From Chthoniobacteraceae bacterium (GTDB taxonomy: Bacteria > Verrucomicrobiota > Verrucomicrobiia > Chthoniobacterales > Chthoniobacteraceae), in assembly GCA_040081625.1 (NCBI GenBank), contig JBEBGD010000012.1, positions 26,533-90,532 on the forward strand: a DNA stretch of 64,000 nucleotides. Direction: 5' to 3'. The position numbers and the translations under genes were made by a program. Below are positions 20,901 to 29,200 of this stretch, piece by piece (position 1 is the stretch's first letter; each line of letters begins with the position of its first letter). The notes under the pieces are model-generated. The model was not told the DNA's origin. It saw nothing but the letters and a program-made list of their open reading frames with translations, and did no database searches.

Positions 20901-23900
20901 TCACCGTCCCGGAGCTCTGGTTGAAGACGCCAGTGGCTCCATTGGCTGCCCCGACGAGGAGGCTCGGTGCGCCTGTCTTTGTCGCGTTGATCGTGCCTCC
21001 CTCGAGGCTGAGCACGCCAGACGCGCCACCGACGTCGCCGACCGTAATCTGGCCGACGTTCGCCGTGTTGAGCGCGTTGATCGCGCCGCCGGTCGGGATG
21101 ATCACTTTCTCGTTCTGAATCACCGTCGCGCCGGTGTAAGTGTTCGCGGCCGCGAGCACGACGGTGCCGAGTCCGGCGCCGCCGTTGTTATTCCAGAAAT
21201 CGATGCCGTTCCCGCCGGTGAGCTTCGCGTTCACGGTCAGCGTCGTGCCGCCCATCGTGCCGAAGTCGCCGCCGTTGCTGACCGCGATCGTGCCAGCGCC
21301 GTTGATCGTGCCGCCGGTGGTCGATTGCACCACGAACCCGCCGCCGTTCGCGAGCGTGAGCGCGCCTGCGCCGATGTCCACGATGCTCGATGCGCCACCA
21401 TTCACGTTCAGCGTCGTGAACGTGCCGGTGCCGCCGAGCGTGAGCGTGCCGCCCGAAGTCGAGGTGACGATCAGCGTGGTCGCCGCGCCGAGGCTGAAGT
21501 TGCCGCTCAGCGTCGTGTTGCCCGCGCCGCCGACGACGAGTTCCTTCGCGCCGCTCGTGCCGCCAGAGACTGCGCCCGCGGCGGTCAAGGCTGCGCCGTT
21601 GTTGGTCACGGTGATCGTCTGCGCGCCAATGGTCCCGCCGACGGCGACCGCGCCGGTGCCGAGGTTCAGCGCGTTTGTGCCGGTGAAGGCGAAGCTGCCA
21701 TTCCATGCCTGCGCGTTGTTCGTGCTCAGCGTGAGCGCGCCGCCGCTCGTGTTGTCGAGCGTTCCGCCGGCGATCGTGAACGTGCCGGTGCCGAGCGCCG
21801 CGGCGTGATTGAGATTCAGCGTGCCGGCGGTGAGCGCGGTGCCGCCGCTGTGCGCATTCGCGCGGTCGAGCGTCGCGCCGTTGTTGAGCACGAGCGCCGC
21901 TGTGCCGCTCAGCGCATTGTCCACCGTCTCGGTGAATGTGCCGTTCACCGTCACGGTATTCTGGCTGATCGCGCCCGCTCCGGTGAGGTTCAGCGTCGCG
22001 CTGCCCGCGACAGTCACCGCGGTGTTGCCGAGCGTGCCGCCCAGGTTGATCGTGCCCGCATTGATCAACGTCGCGCCGGTGTAGCTGTGCGTGCCGCCGA
22101 GAGTCACCGCCGCGGTTCCGTTCTTGATGAACGTGCCGCTGGTGATGCCCGAGTTGCCCGAGGCGCTGATCGTGTAGGCGAGGGTCGAGTTGTTGAAGGT
22201 CGTGGTCGTCGGCGCGACGCCGCCGGCCTGGACGATGTCCACCGTCGTCGTGCCGGGCGCGCCGCCGCCGGGGATCGTGTCGGCGAAGAGCACCGTGTCG
22301 CCGACGAGGAAATCGGTGTCGGTCAGCGCGGTCTGCAAGCGCCAGTTCGACAGGCCGCCGATGGTCGCCGTCGTCCAGTTGCCGTTCTGGAGGCCGGTCC
22401 ACACCGGCAGATCGCCCGCGATGGCGAGCGTGATCGCCGTGCCGCTGTCGCCGAGCATCGCGCTCTGCCGCGCGCCGAGGCCGGTGATCGCGCCCTTGAT
22501 GAACGCGCCGAAGCCGCCGGTCCCGCCGATCGTTCCGCCGCCGTAGCTGACGAGTGGGTAAGTGGTCCCGTTGTCCCACGCGACGTTCGACGCATCGATC
22601 AAGACGCTCGAGGCCGCGCCGTTCGCGGCGAGTGTCGTCGTCACCACGCCGGGGGACGTGCCGTTGAGCAGCAGGTTGAACTTGCCCGCGCCCGAGAAGG
22701 TCAGCGCGCCGATCGTGAGTTGCGAACCGGCGGTGCCGTTCCCGTTCACGATCGTGTTCGTCGCGAGGTCGGCGACGTTCACCGTGTTGATCGTGCCCGT
22801 GCCATCGATCGTGCCGTCGGTCAGCGTGACTGTCGGCGAAATCGGGACCGAGCTCGTCTGCACGAGCTTCACGCCACTGCCACTGAGCGTGATTCCGCTG
22901 CTCGTGTTTATCGCGCCGGTCCCGGACATCTGGAGCGTGCCGGCACTCACCGTCGTCGCGCCGCCGTAAGTGCTCGTGCCGCTCAGGCTGAGCTTGCCCG
23001 CGCCAGTCTTGGCGATGCCCAAGCCGGCGGTCTGTCCGGAAATCACGCTCGTGACGCTGAGGTCCACGCCGCTGGCGGTCGTGCCCAAGGCCGTATTGAA
23101 GGTCAGCGCGTTGGCGTCGCGGATGACGAGATTGGCGCTGACGCTCGAGGTGGTCGCGCTGGCGAGCGAGGCGATGCCGAAGCCGGTGGAGAAGTTGATC
23201 GCGCCACCGCCGGTGGAAGTGACGCTGCCGCCGGTGAGATTGAAATTGCTGATGTAACCGTTGTTGCCAGCCACGCTGTTGTTAAACGTGCCACCGTTGA
23301 CGTTCACGGTCGTCACGCTCGTGCCGCCGGTGAAGCCGAGCGCGTCGGTCGCCGTGGTGTTGACGAAAGCCCCGGAGTTGATGGTGAGGACACCGCGAAC
23401 GGGGCCAGCAGCCCCGCCGACGCCGAGGGCGAGCGTGCCGCTATTAACGGTCGTGCCGCCCGTGTAGGTGCCGACGCCGGTGAGCGTGGTCGTGCCGGTG
23501 CCGGTGCTGCTGATGAAAGTCATGCCGCCGCTGGTGTTGGCGGCGGTCGTCGGCGTGCCGAGCGTGGCCGCCGTGGCGCCTGTTCCGAGTCCACCCAGGA
23601 GCGCGACGGTCGGTGCCGAGGTGTAGCCCACGCCGGGATTCGTGATGGTGATCCCAGTCACCACTCCGCCCGAGACATTCGCGATGGCCGTGGCTCCAGT
23701 GCCGCCGCCGCCGGTGATCGTGACGATCGGCGTGTCGATGTAACCCGCGCCTCCCGCCGTGACCGGCACAGTCGCCAGTCCATCCCCAGTCGGCGCCAGG
23801 AGAGGCTGCGCGAAGGCGATGGCGAGCCCATTGCTATCGATCGTGCTGTTGGCATTCACGTAGGCGGTGGTGTTCGCCAGCGCCGCCATCAACGTGCCCG

Positions 23901-26055
23901 CCGCCGTCCCCTTGAGCGTGCCGCCGTTGAAGTTGAGGCGATAGACGCCGGTGCCCGTTCCCTTGGTGATCGAGTTGGTGTTCAGGCTGCCGCCGAGCAG
24001 GTTGACGTTGCCCGCGACCGAGGTGGCGTTGCCCGCGAACTGCGTGTTGCCGATGTTGACCGCGGCCGCGCCGGAGACATTGAGCGTGCCGGTGCCGTTC
24101 TCGCCGACGAAGACGCCGGTGGCGCTGGTGAATGTGCCGCCGGAAAAGCTCGCGACGCCAATGGACGCGTTATTGCCCGCGCCAATCGTCATGCGGTTTG
24201 AACTGACCGTGATGGTGCCGCCGGACTGGTTCAAGACACCGCGGCTATTGGTGCCGCCGACGACCATCCAAGTCCCAGAAACCAGATTCCCACCGCTGAC
24301 GCTGAACGCGCCGTAGTTGCCCGAGCCATCCGCAATGGCCAGGGCCTGATTGTTCGCCGCGCCAATCGATCCGCCGGTGAGCGCAATCGCGCCATTCTCC
24401 ACCGACAACCGGTCCAGGTTGGTATCGCTGGCGCCGCTGAGCGTGAGCAGCCCAAGACCTTGCTTCACAAAGCCCAATCGCACCGTCCCCGAGAAGTTCT
24501 TGATCGCGCCGGAGTGTGAGGTGTTTCCGGGCTGATTATTGAAGACCCACCTCGAGTTGCCGCCCCCATGCTCAAGATTGCCGGCACCTGACAAACCGCC
24601 GAGAGTGACGTCCGCCGACACCAGGACTTTGCCGGCCTGGATGTCGAGGATGCCCGCAGTGGTCGTCGCGTTGTTCGTCGTGCTGGTCAAGGTCAGCGTC
24701 CCCGCGCCTGCCTTGCTGAGGTTCACGCCCGCGGCCGTCGTGAAATTGTTGGCCGTGAGCGTGCCCGCGCTGACCGTGAGCGTGCGCGTCCCCGCCGCCC
24801 CACCCAGGGCAATGGTGCCGCCGTTCAAGCTCAGGTTGTTCGTGCCGGTGAAAATGAGATCGGCGTTGAGATTGATCGCCTTCGCCGCCGGCGTGGTGAT
24901 CGCCCCGCCGCTGGTATTGTTGAGCGTGCTGTTGCCCGAAACCGTCAGCGCGCCGGAGCCGAGCGCGCCCGCGACCCCGAGGTTCAGCGTGCCCGCGCTG
25001 AGGATCGTGCCGCCGCCGTAGGTGTTCGTGTTCGAGAGCGTGAGCGTGCCCGCGCCCTGCTTGGTGAGGCTCGACGCATTGCTGATCACGCCTGTGGCCG
25101 CGACGGTGCCGCCCGCGGCGACCTGGATGCGCAGCGGCGAGTCGAGGAAGACGCCGCCACTGAGAGTGTTTGTGCCACTGGTGTTCAGCGAATCCACGAG
25201 CAGCGCGCCGGAAGTGTTGCCAGTGACGCTGTTGATCGTGCTGCCAAAGGTCTGCCCGCCCGCGAGGTCGGTGAGCTGGAAGGTCGCGCCGAGCGTGAGA
25301 TTCTGCGTGCCCGTCGTAGCGAAATCGCCGCCGAGCCGCAGCGCGCTCGTGGTCAGGCTGCCGCCCGTGTTGAGCTTCAGCGTGCTGCCATTCATCAAAT
25401 AGAAATCGCCCGACGTGAACGCGCCGCCGATTTCGACTGTGCCCGCCGTCGCCGCCGTGGTCGCGAAATATTTCCCCACCGCGCTGACCGTGTTGTTGAA
25501 TGTCGTCGTCTGCCCCGCGCCGAACATCCGAATGCCGTTCACCGCCGAGCCGTTCACCGTGAGCGTGCCCGCACTGCCGAAAGTCATGCCGCCGCTCACC
25601 GCATTGATTTCCCCCCACGCCGCGCCCGCCGTCGCCGCGAAGGTGACCGGCGCATTGATCGTGACCAAGCCGGTGCTCTGGTTCTCGAGCTTCGCCTGCA
25701 CGCCGCCATTGTCGAAGAGCGAGAGCACCGAGCCGCCGGAGCTGTTCAACGTCCACGGACTCGTGCCGGTCCACAGCAGTTGGTTCATGCTGAAGTTCGT
25801 ATCGAGGATGTTCGTCGTCCGCAGGCTGCCGGCGAAGGTCAGCGTGCCGTAGCCGGGCAGCGAGTCGTCGTCCCAGTTGAGCACGTCGCTCCAATTGTCC
25901 GTCGTGCCGCCGCCGTCCCAGATGTTCGCCGCGTGTGCGGCCTGCGGAACGAGCAGCGCAGCGGAGCCGGCGAGCACGCAACGGCTGACGGCACGCGCGA
26001 GGTTGCGGCGGCGGGTGGAATTCGGACGGTGGAGTTTGAGAGGGATGCGGTTCAT
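14992..26055 (-). CDS. Giant autotransporter-associated beta-strand repeat protein with a C-terminal PEP-CTERM sorting signal, ~3687 aa
   Basis: Start reassigned to ATG 26055 (MNRIPLKL..VLAGSAALLVPQAAHA signal peptide). Many LTK.GAGTLTL...NTY.GGT.(I/V)..GTL repeats. Ends VVPEPNSIAALCAGLGGLLGLQRFRRRIAR; no beta-barrel is evident. Confidence 0.9.
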   Translation of the reverse strand: MNRIPLKLHRPNSTRRRNLARAVSRCVLAGSAALLVPQAAHAANIWDGGGTTDNWSDVLNWDDDSLPGYGTLTFAGSLRTTNILDTNFSMNQLLWTGTSPWTLNSSGGSVLSLFDNGGVQAKLENQSTGLVTINAPVTFAATAGAAWGEINAVSGGMTFGSAGTLTVNGSAVNGIRMFGAGQTTTFNNTVSAVGKYFATTAATAGTVEIGGAFTSGDFYLMNGSTLKLNTGGSLTTSALRLGGDFATTGTQNLTLGATFQLTDLAGGQTFGSTINSVTGNTSGALLVDSLNTSGTNTLSGGVFLDSPLRIQVAAGGTVAATGVISNASSLTKQGAGTLTLSNTNTYGGGTILSAGTLNLGVAGALGSGALTVSGNSTLNNTSGGAITTPAAKAINLNADLIFTGTNNLSLNGGTIALGGAAGTRTLTVSAGTLTANNFTTAAGVNLSKAGAGTLTLTSTTNNATTTAGILDIQAGKVLVSADVTLGGLSGAGNLEHGGGNSRWVFNNQPGNTSHSGAIKNFSGTVRLGFVKQGLGLLTLSGASDTNLDRLSVENGAIALTGGSIGAANNQALAIADGSGNYGAFSVSGGNLVSGTWMVVGGTNSRGVLNQSGGTITVSSNRMTIGAGNNASIGVASFSGGTFTSATGVFVGENGTGTLNVSGAAAVNIGNTQFAGNATSVAGNVNLLGGSLNTNSITKGTGTGVYRLNFNGGTLKGTAAGTLMAALANTTAYVNANSTIDSNGLAIAFAQPLLAPTGDGLATVPVTAGGAGYIDTPIVTITGGGGTGATAIANVSGGVVTGITITNPGVGYTSAPTVALLGGLGTGATAATLGTPTTAANTSGGMTFISSTGTGTTTLTGVGTYTGGTTVNSGTLALGVGGAAGPVRGVLTINSGAFVNTTATDALGFTGGTSVTTVNVNGGTFNNSVAGNNGYISNFNLTGGSVTSTGGGAINFSTGFGIASLASATTSSVSANLVIRDANALTFNTALGTTASGVDLSVTSVISGQTAGLGIAKTGAGKLSLSGTSTYGGATTVSAGTLQMSGTGAINTSSGITLSGSGVKLVQTSSVPISPTVTLTDGTIDGTGTINTVNVADLATNTIVNGNGTAGSQLTIGALTFSGAGKFNLLLNGTSPGVVTTTLAANGAASSVLIDASNVAWDNGTTYPLVSYGGGTIGGTGGFGAFIKGAITGLGARQSAMLGDSGTAITLAIAGDLPVWTGLQNGNWTTATIGGLSNWRLQTALTDTDFLVGDTVLFADTIPGGGAPGTTTVDIVQAGGVAPTTTTFNNSTLAYTISASGNSGITSGTFIKNGTAAVTLGGTHSYTGATLINAGTINLGGTLGNTAVTVAGSATLNLTGAGAISQNTVTVNGTFTETVDNALSGTAALVLNNGATLDRANAHSGGTALTAGTLNLNHAAALGTGTFTIAGGTLDNTSGGALTLSTNNAQAWNGSFAFTGTNALNLGTGAVAVGGTIGAQTITVTNNGAALTAAGAVSGGTSGAKELVVGGAGNTTLSGNFSLGAATTLIVTSTSGGTLTLGGTGTFTTLNVNGGASSIVDIGAGALTLANGGGFVVQSTTGGTINGAGTIAVSNGGDFGTMGGTTLTVNAKLTGGNGIDFWNNNGGAGLGTVVLAAANTYTGATVIQNEKVIIPTGGAINALNTANVGQITVGDVGGASGVLSLEGGTINATKTGAPSLLVGAANGATGVFNQSSGTVTTTSEFWLGNFTGAYGAQAMSGGTLTVGSWYVVGLNNDRAVLNQSGGTINVNANRMTIGAGGAGSIGVVNQTGGALTVAAGANTGLFVGENGNGTYNISAGTVTLNTNAGVNSGTIQFAGAASSTVGNFNLNGGTVTAFGVTKGASNAAGVYRFNFGGGTLKANANNAAFFADLALTDAYVNAGGAVIDTNNFNVTIAEPLLAPTGDGVNSVAVTAGGTGYVGTPLVQITGGGGTGATAVANINGSGEVTSITITNPGVGYTSAPTFALLGGGGAGATLDVPVLAANTSGGLTKNGGGTLTLTGANTYTGTTNVNAGTLALGSAGAIGGGGNVTFGGGTLQFSATNTSDLGTRIVNSTGAISIDTNGQSVTFASALAASNSGGLTKLGAGTLTLSSAAAYTGATNLNAGNLSGTGFTGAVTIAAGSTLFFPATGSIGGLLTLSGTGSMVDLQNSALNVVTLGDGLTLNTGNMLDFDIGAGADRFAISGGAFGATGITTLNFADIGVAAGTYNLITGATGISLSNFVSSVATLGGMNLTLGVSGGNTLTLTLSAPGPATAYWKGDQDAFWNTMNAGNSNFDTTQSGGVDTGAVPDATSDVIFAADGATNLDTTLGGDQSVKSLTIATASAVGIGGANTFTIVSSGGITMNSGAGALTISANAVTLGASQAWTNNSSNPVTVSSAINGNAAPAATRTLTFAGSGAGAINITGAIGDGAIGGNVAILVNKSGGSVTFSAQNTFTGGTTVTAGTLVLGHATNTLADAGAVTVNGGTLDIGANSDTVGAVVLNSGSITGTTGVLTGTSYAVESGSISAILGGAAALTKTTAGTVILSADNTYSGGTTISAGTLQIGNAGATGSVVGNITNNAALVFDRTADLTYADVISGTGTVTQNGTNNLTLSAAQTHTGGTTVNAGTLTLSRPNNDGVGNIRGTLTINSGATARLTGNNVLGYNGGAKVETINIVGGLLDNTANGDQGFGHIFNLTGGTMQTNGGVSDAGTPQLYVMANGTAVNTFASATTSTIAGRINLRENNPGGILTFTVADGAAATDLLLSAAVTTGSAGAGMAKSGAGTMTMSGVSNYSGVMNVNAGTLNVPGTLTTTGQVNVGTTAGTNAVMNVDGGTINANKGGVPSLSLGNISGTAGALNLTSGTITAVAEMWVGNVGGAYGAFTQTGGTLNSGGWLPVGRDGVGYFNVSGGTVNVTAQNFTTGSFATVNGSVPTSWGVVHLTGGTVNVTSTAANQGRFIVGEAGAGTLTVAGTAAVNISGAIGLQLAIGGTGSGTVNLNGGTVTTTIVQKGAGTGIVSFDGGTLKAGGNNANFMSGLTAAWVRSGGATIDDGGFAITIGQNLTTPTGNGVSATGLSASGSGYIGAPLVQITGGGGIGASAVATIDGAGNLTGITITNSGVDYTSAPTFTLIGGGGTGNVTGTATLVANTTGSLTKNGAGTATLTGTNTHTGTTINAGTLAAGNDAAVGSGLVTLNGGALGASGTRTLANTVQVNAVAGNGFSTPTGSDLTLTGSITGSGTATKTGDGSLFLSGDNSGFAGTLSTSAGFTRFTTTSAGSASATWDVGATGALTSDIAGSNTIALGAISGSGVIGNNTGVGSLTFSIGGNNADTTFSGVIKDDVFDFPADPVNIVKTGTGTTTFSGVNTYAGPTAINGGTLSISASDNLGNASATNTLSLAGGTLESTGTFDLGSTRAIALGVGGGSFKVTGGNSLTVSGAISGTSGLSKLGTGTLAVSSDNSATFSGPTTISAGTFMASNTGGSATGSGDVTVEANATLGGTGHITGNVIVNADGILSPGASIGTLFTGPLMLNGGSDFQLEINTTTQLADVVRISAATAADGDLTLSGAVSLVVSDAAPGALSLHDHLTFMTYSGDRLGSGFFRVPGFDFDLTDYTGNDATAAYFTLNGTPFAVDYNYNDAAYAGVTSVALVVVPEPNSIAALCAGLGGLLGLQRFRRRIAR

Positions 26056-26159
26056 GGGAGCGGTGGGACTGGAGGTTCGGTGGAGCGCAGCCCGAGCGCC
26101 GAGGGACGACGCGCGGAGTTCTGCGCGTCGGGATATTCTGCACGAAAGGGTAGTCAGCA

Positions 26160-26179
26160 ATTGGCCCATTCGGGCCAAT
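26160..26179. promoter_or_regulatory. Palindromic operator-like site 1 (ATTGGCCC-ATTC-GGGCCAAT), upstream of the PEP-CTERM gene
   Basis: Perfect 8-4-8 inverted repeat. A candidate -10 (CAGAAT, minus strand, 26140-26135) lies about 20 nt downstream. Confidence 0.65.
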
Positions 26180-26201
26180 CCCCCCTTGCCGGCTTTAAGC
26201 C

Positions 26202-29200
26202 CTATTGGCCGATCAGAATCCGATAAAACCGACGCGGAACCGCCGCATCGCGTGCAATCAGGAAGTCCACGGGCTGGCCGTCCCCGCTCACCGGCGCGCC
26301 GAGATCGTGCCAGTCGTTTGGCGCCATCGTGTCGGAGTATTGGAGCTGGTAGGTGTGGCTGAGGACGGTCGTCTCCACGCCGATCACGATGTCGGTTGGC
26401 GTCATGCTGATGACCGGCGGACGCATCTCGGCTTCGCTGATCGGCGGCGAGACGGGCGTGGCGCTGGACTGATTCGAGGCCGCGCTCTCGCCGCCATCGT
26501 TCACCGCCGTGACGACGTAGTAGTAAGTCGTGCCGTTGCCCGCCGCGGTGTCGGTGAAGCTGGCGGTGGCACTGTTCGCGATCGCCGCAAACGGCCCGCC
26601 GCTCGCGGTGCCGCGCCTGATGTTGTAATTCGCCGCGCCCGCCGCCGCATTCCACACGAGCCCGACCTGCATATTCCCCGCATTCGCGACGAGGCCGGCG
26701 GGCGTGGCCGGCGGCGCTTCGAGCAGCGCGAGGAACTCGACCTCCGCCACGTTGCAGAAGCCATTATTCGGCGAGAGATAACGCACGTAGCGGAAGGCGG
26801 TGGCGTTCGTGATCGTCTGCCCGGTCATCGTGTTATCCGGCGGCGCGGTTGCGATGGTGAAGAGCGTCACCGCATCGCTGAAATCCGCGGCGTTCGCGCC
26901 CTGGAAGACGCCGCCGGGCATCCGGTTCGCAAAGCCCGCGCGCGGGCAGTAGCGCACGCCGAGGATCGTCCGCGCCGCGCCGCTGCCGAGATCGAGCCCC
27001 GCCCAGTCGCCATTGCCATTCGGCGAGTCGAAGAAGGTTGCGAGATCGCCGTCGAACACCGCGGCCCTGGTCGTGGCGGGATTGTTTTCCCACGAGCCCT
27101 CGGTGCCGATGATCGTCCCGCTCAGCGCGCTCGTCGGCGCGCCCGCGGATGGCGTGAGCAGATTCGCCGCGGGGACGACTTCCTCGGCGAAGCCGGGACC
27201 GCTCCACAAAAACTGGATCAAGCCGGGGCCGCCCGTTTCGTTGAAGTCCACCCGGATGTCGTTCAACGAATCCGCGCCGAGCGTGAGCGTCGCCGTGACA
27301 GCCGCTGCGTTGTAAAACCAGCGGTCGATCACGAGCACGCCGTTGACCCACAGCCGCACGCCGTCGTCGGCGAAGAACTTCAGCGTGTAGCTGCCCGCAC
27401 CGCGCGCGAGCAGCCGCCCGCGCCAGCGCGCGCTGAAGTTGTCCACGACGACGCTCGGATCGGGGCTGCCGTTGCCGTAGTTGAAGTTCAGCGTCGCATC
27501 CAGGCGCGCGAGCGCGAAGTTGGTGAAGTCGTTGGCGTTGAAATACTCCGCGAGCAGCCCCGTCTGGCTCGCGCCGAAGACGGACACGCTCACCGGGTCA
27601 GACATCGCGCCGCTGCCCGCGTTGTCGATCGCGCGCGCGGTGATCGAGTAAGTGCCCGCCGGCATCCCGGTCCGCACGTAGCTGTAGGGCGCGGTGAAAT
27701 CTTCGCCGAACTTCACGCCATTCGCGTAGAACTCCACGCGCGCGACGCTGCCATCCGGGTCACTCGCGCTCGCGAGCACCTTCAGCGAGCCGCCCGCTGC
27801 CGCGAACTCCGGCGACGTGCCGCTCACGTTCACGATCGGCAGTTGATTGCCGCCGCCGGGCGCGACCTCGCTGATATCGACGTAGCAGACCTTCGCGTTC
27901 GCCGCGCCCGCGCCGGGCGCGAGCGTGAGCACGCCATTCGTCACCGCGACGTTCGCGGTGGCCTCGTAGAAATTCTGTCCCGTCGGAACACCGGTCGTGA
28001 GCACGACGCCATTCGCGCTTACGGCCTGCACGCCATCGTTGAACGACGCCTCGCCCGTGACGACGTGGACGGAATACGTGCTGTTCGGCAGCGCGATGCT
28101 CCACGTGCTCGTGACATCGCCGCCGCCGTGATCCTTCTGCAGGTGATTGAACGTGTCGTAGCGCTGGTCCGCGTTCGCCTCGCGGTCGCGCGAGTCCGGC
28201 GTGTTGTCGCGGCTCCAGCCGTAAGTCAGCCCGTTGCGCGCGGCGTAGGTCGCGCCGGTGTCGGCGACGTAACCCGCCGGCACCGCCGACGCGCCGGGCT
28301 GGAAGTTGACCTTTGCCTTCACCAGCCCCAAAAGCTCCGTGACGGTCACGGTCACGCTCGCGCTGTCGGTCGAGTTGTTCACGCCATCGAAAGCCCGCGC
28401 GAAGAGCGTGTGCGTGCCGACCGCCGGGTTGTTGAAGGTGTAAGTGAACGGCGCGGTCGTGGCGCCGAGCAATGTGGCGCCATCGTAAAACTCGACGCGC
28501 ACGATCCCGTCGGCGTCGCTCGCCGTCGCGGTGAGCGTGATCGGATTCGGCGTGATGAAATTCGCACCATTCGCCGGCGCGGTGAGCGCGACCACGGGCG
28601 CGGTGTTCGGGGTGAGGCTGTTGATCCAGTCGGCGATCAACTGCGCGCCGGCGTCGTCCACGAGGTTGCGCGCGATCGGCGGCATCTGGTTCGCGCCGAC
28701 GCGATTGATTCGGTAGTGCATCACCGAGCGGTCGGTCTCCTGCGGCACCACGACGCGCGGACTGTTGAGCCCGAGCGCGTCGTTCACGATGCCGTAGATG
28801 ATGTTCTGGCTCGGGAGCGGCGTGTCGTAGCGCGCGTCCCACAGTGCCGGCACGCCGCCGGGGCGATGGCAGTTCGCGCAGTTGGTGTCGATGTAACTGC
28901 GCGCGCGCTTCTCCAGCGTCTCGCTCGTCTGGTCCACGTGCGCGAGTTTGTCGTAAGTCGGAATGTTCGCCTCGTTGAGTGTCGTGTCGAACATCCCGAT
29001 GTGATTGAGCGTGCGCAGTTGGTTGTCGGTCACTCCGCTGCTCGGATAAAGGAAGTCTTTGTTAAACTGCCGCGTGTTCGGCCCGAGAAATCCGCCGCCG
29101 GCGTTGTTGTTGTGGCACGAAGTGCAATCGGTGCGGCTCGGGTAATACCACGGCTGGAGCCGCGTCGTTTGCAGCTCGATGGTGCCCGTCGCCGAGAGCC

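Noticed and set aside
14785..24201. 3138-aa plus-strand ORF and other very long alternative-frame ORFs (e.g. 26205-30158, 51481-54879, 47629-50277, 15665-18895)
   Set aside because: Arg/Ala/Gly-rich shadows of real genes caused by high-GC codon bias; no recognisable motifs.
26056..26655. N-terminal extensions in the ORF track (PEP-CTERM protein, GH39, GH79, kinase 1, cassette genes, antitoxin)
   Set aside because: They overlap neighbouring genes or promoters. Downstream starts give signal peptides or stop/start coupling.
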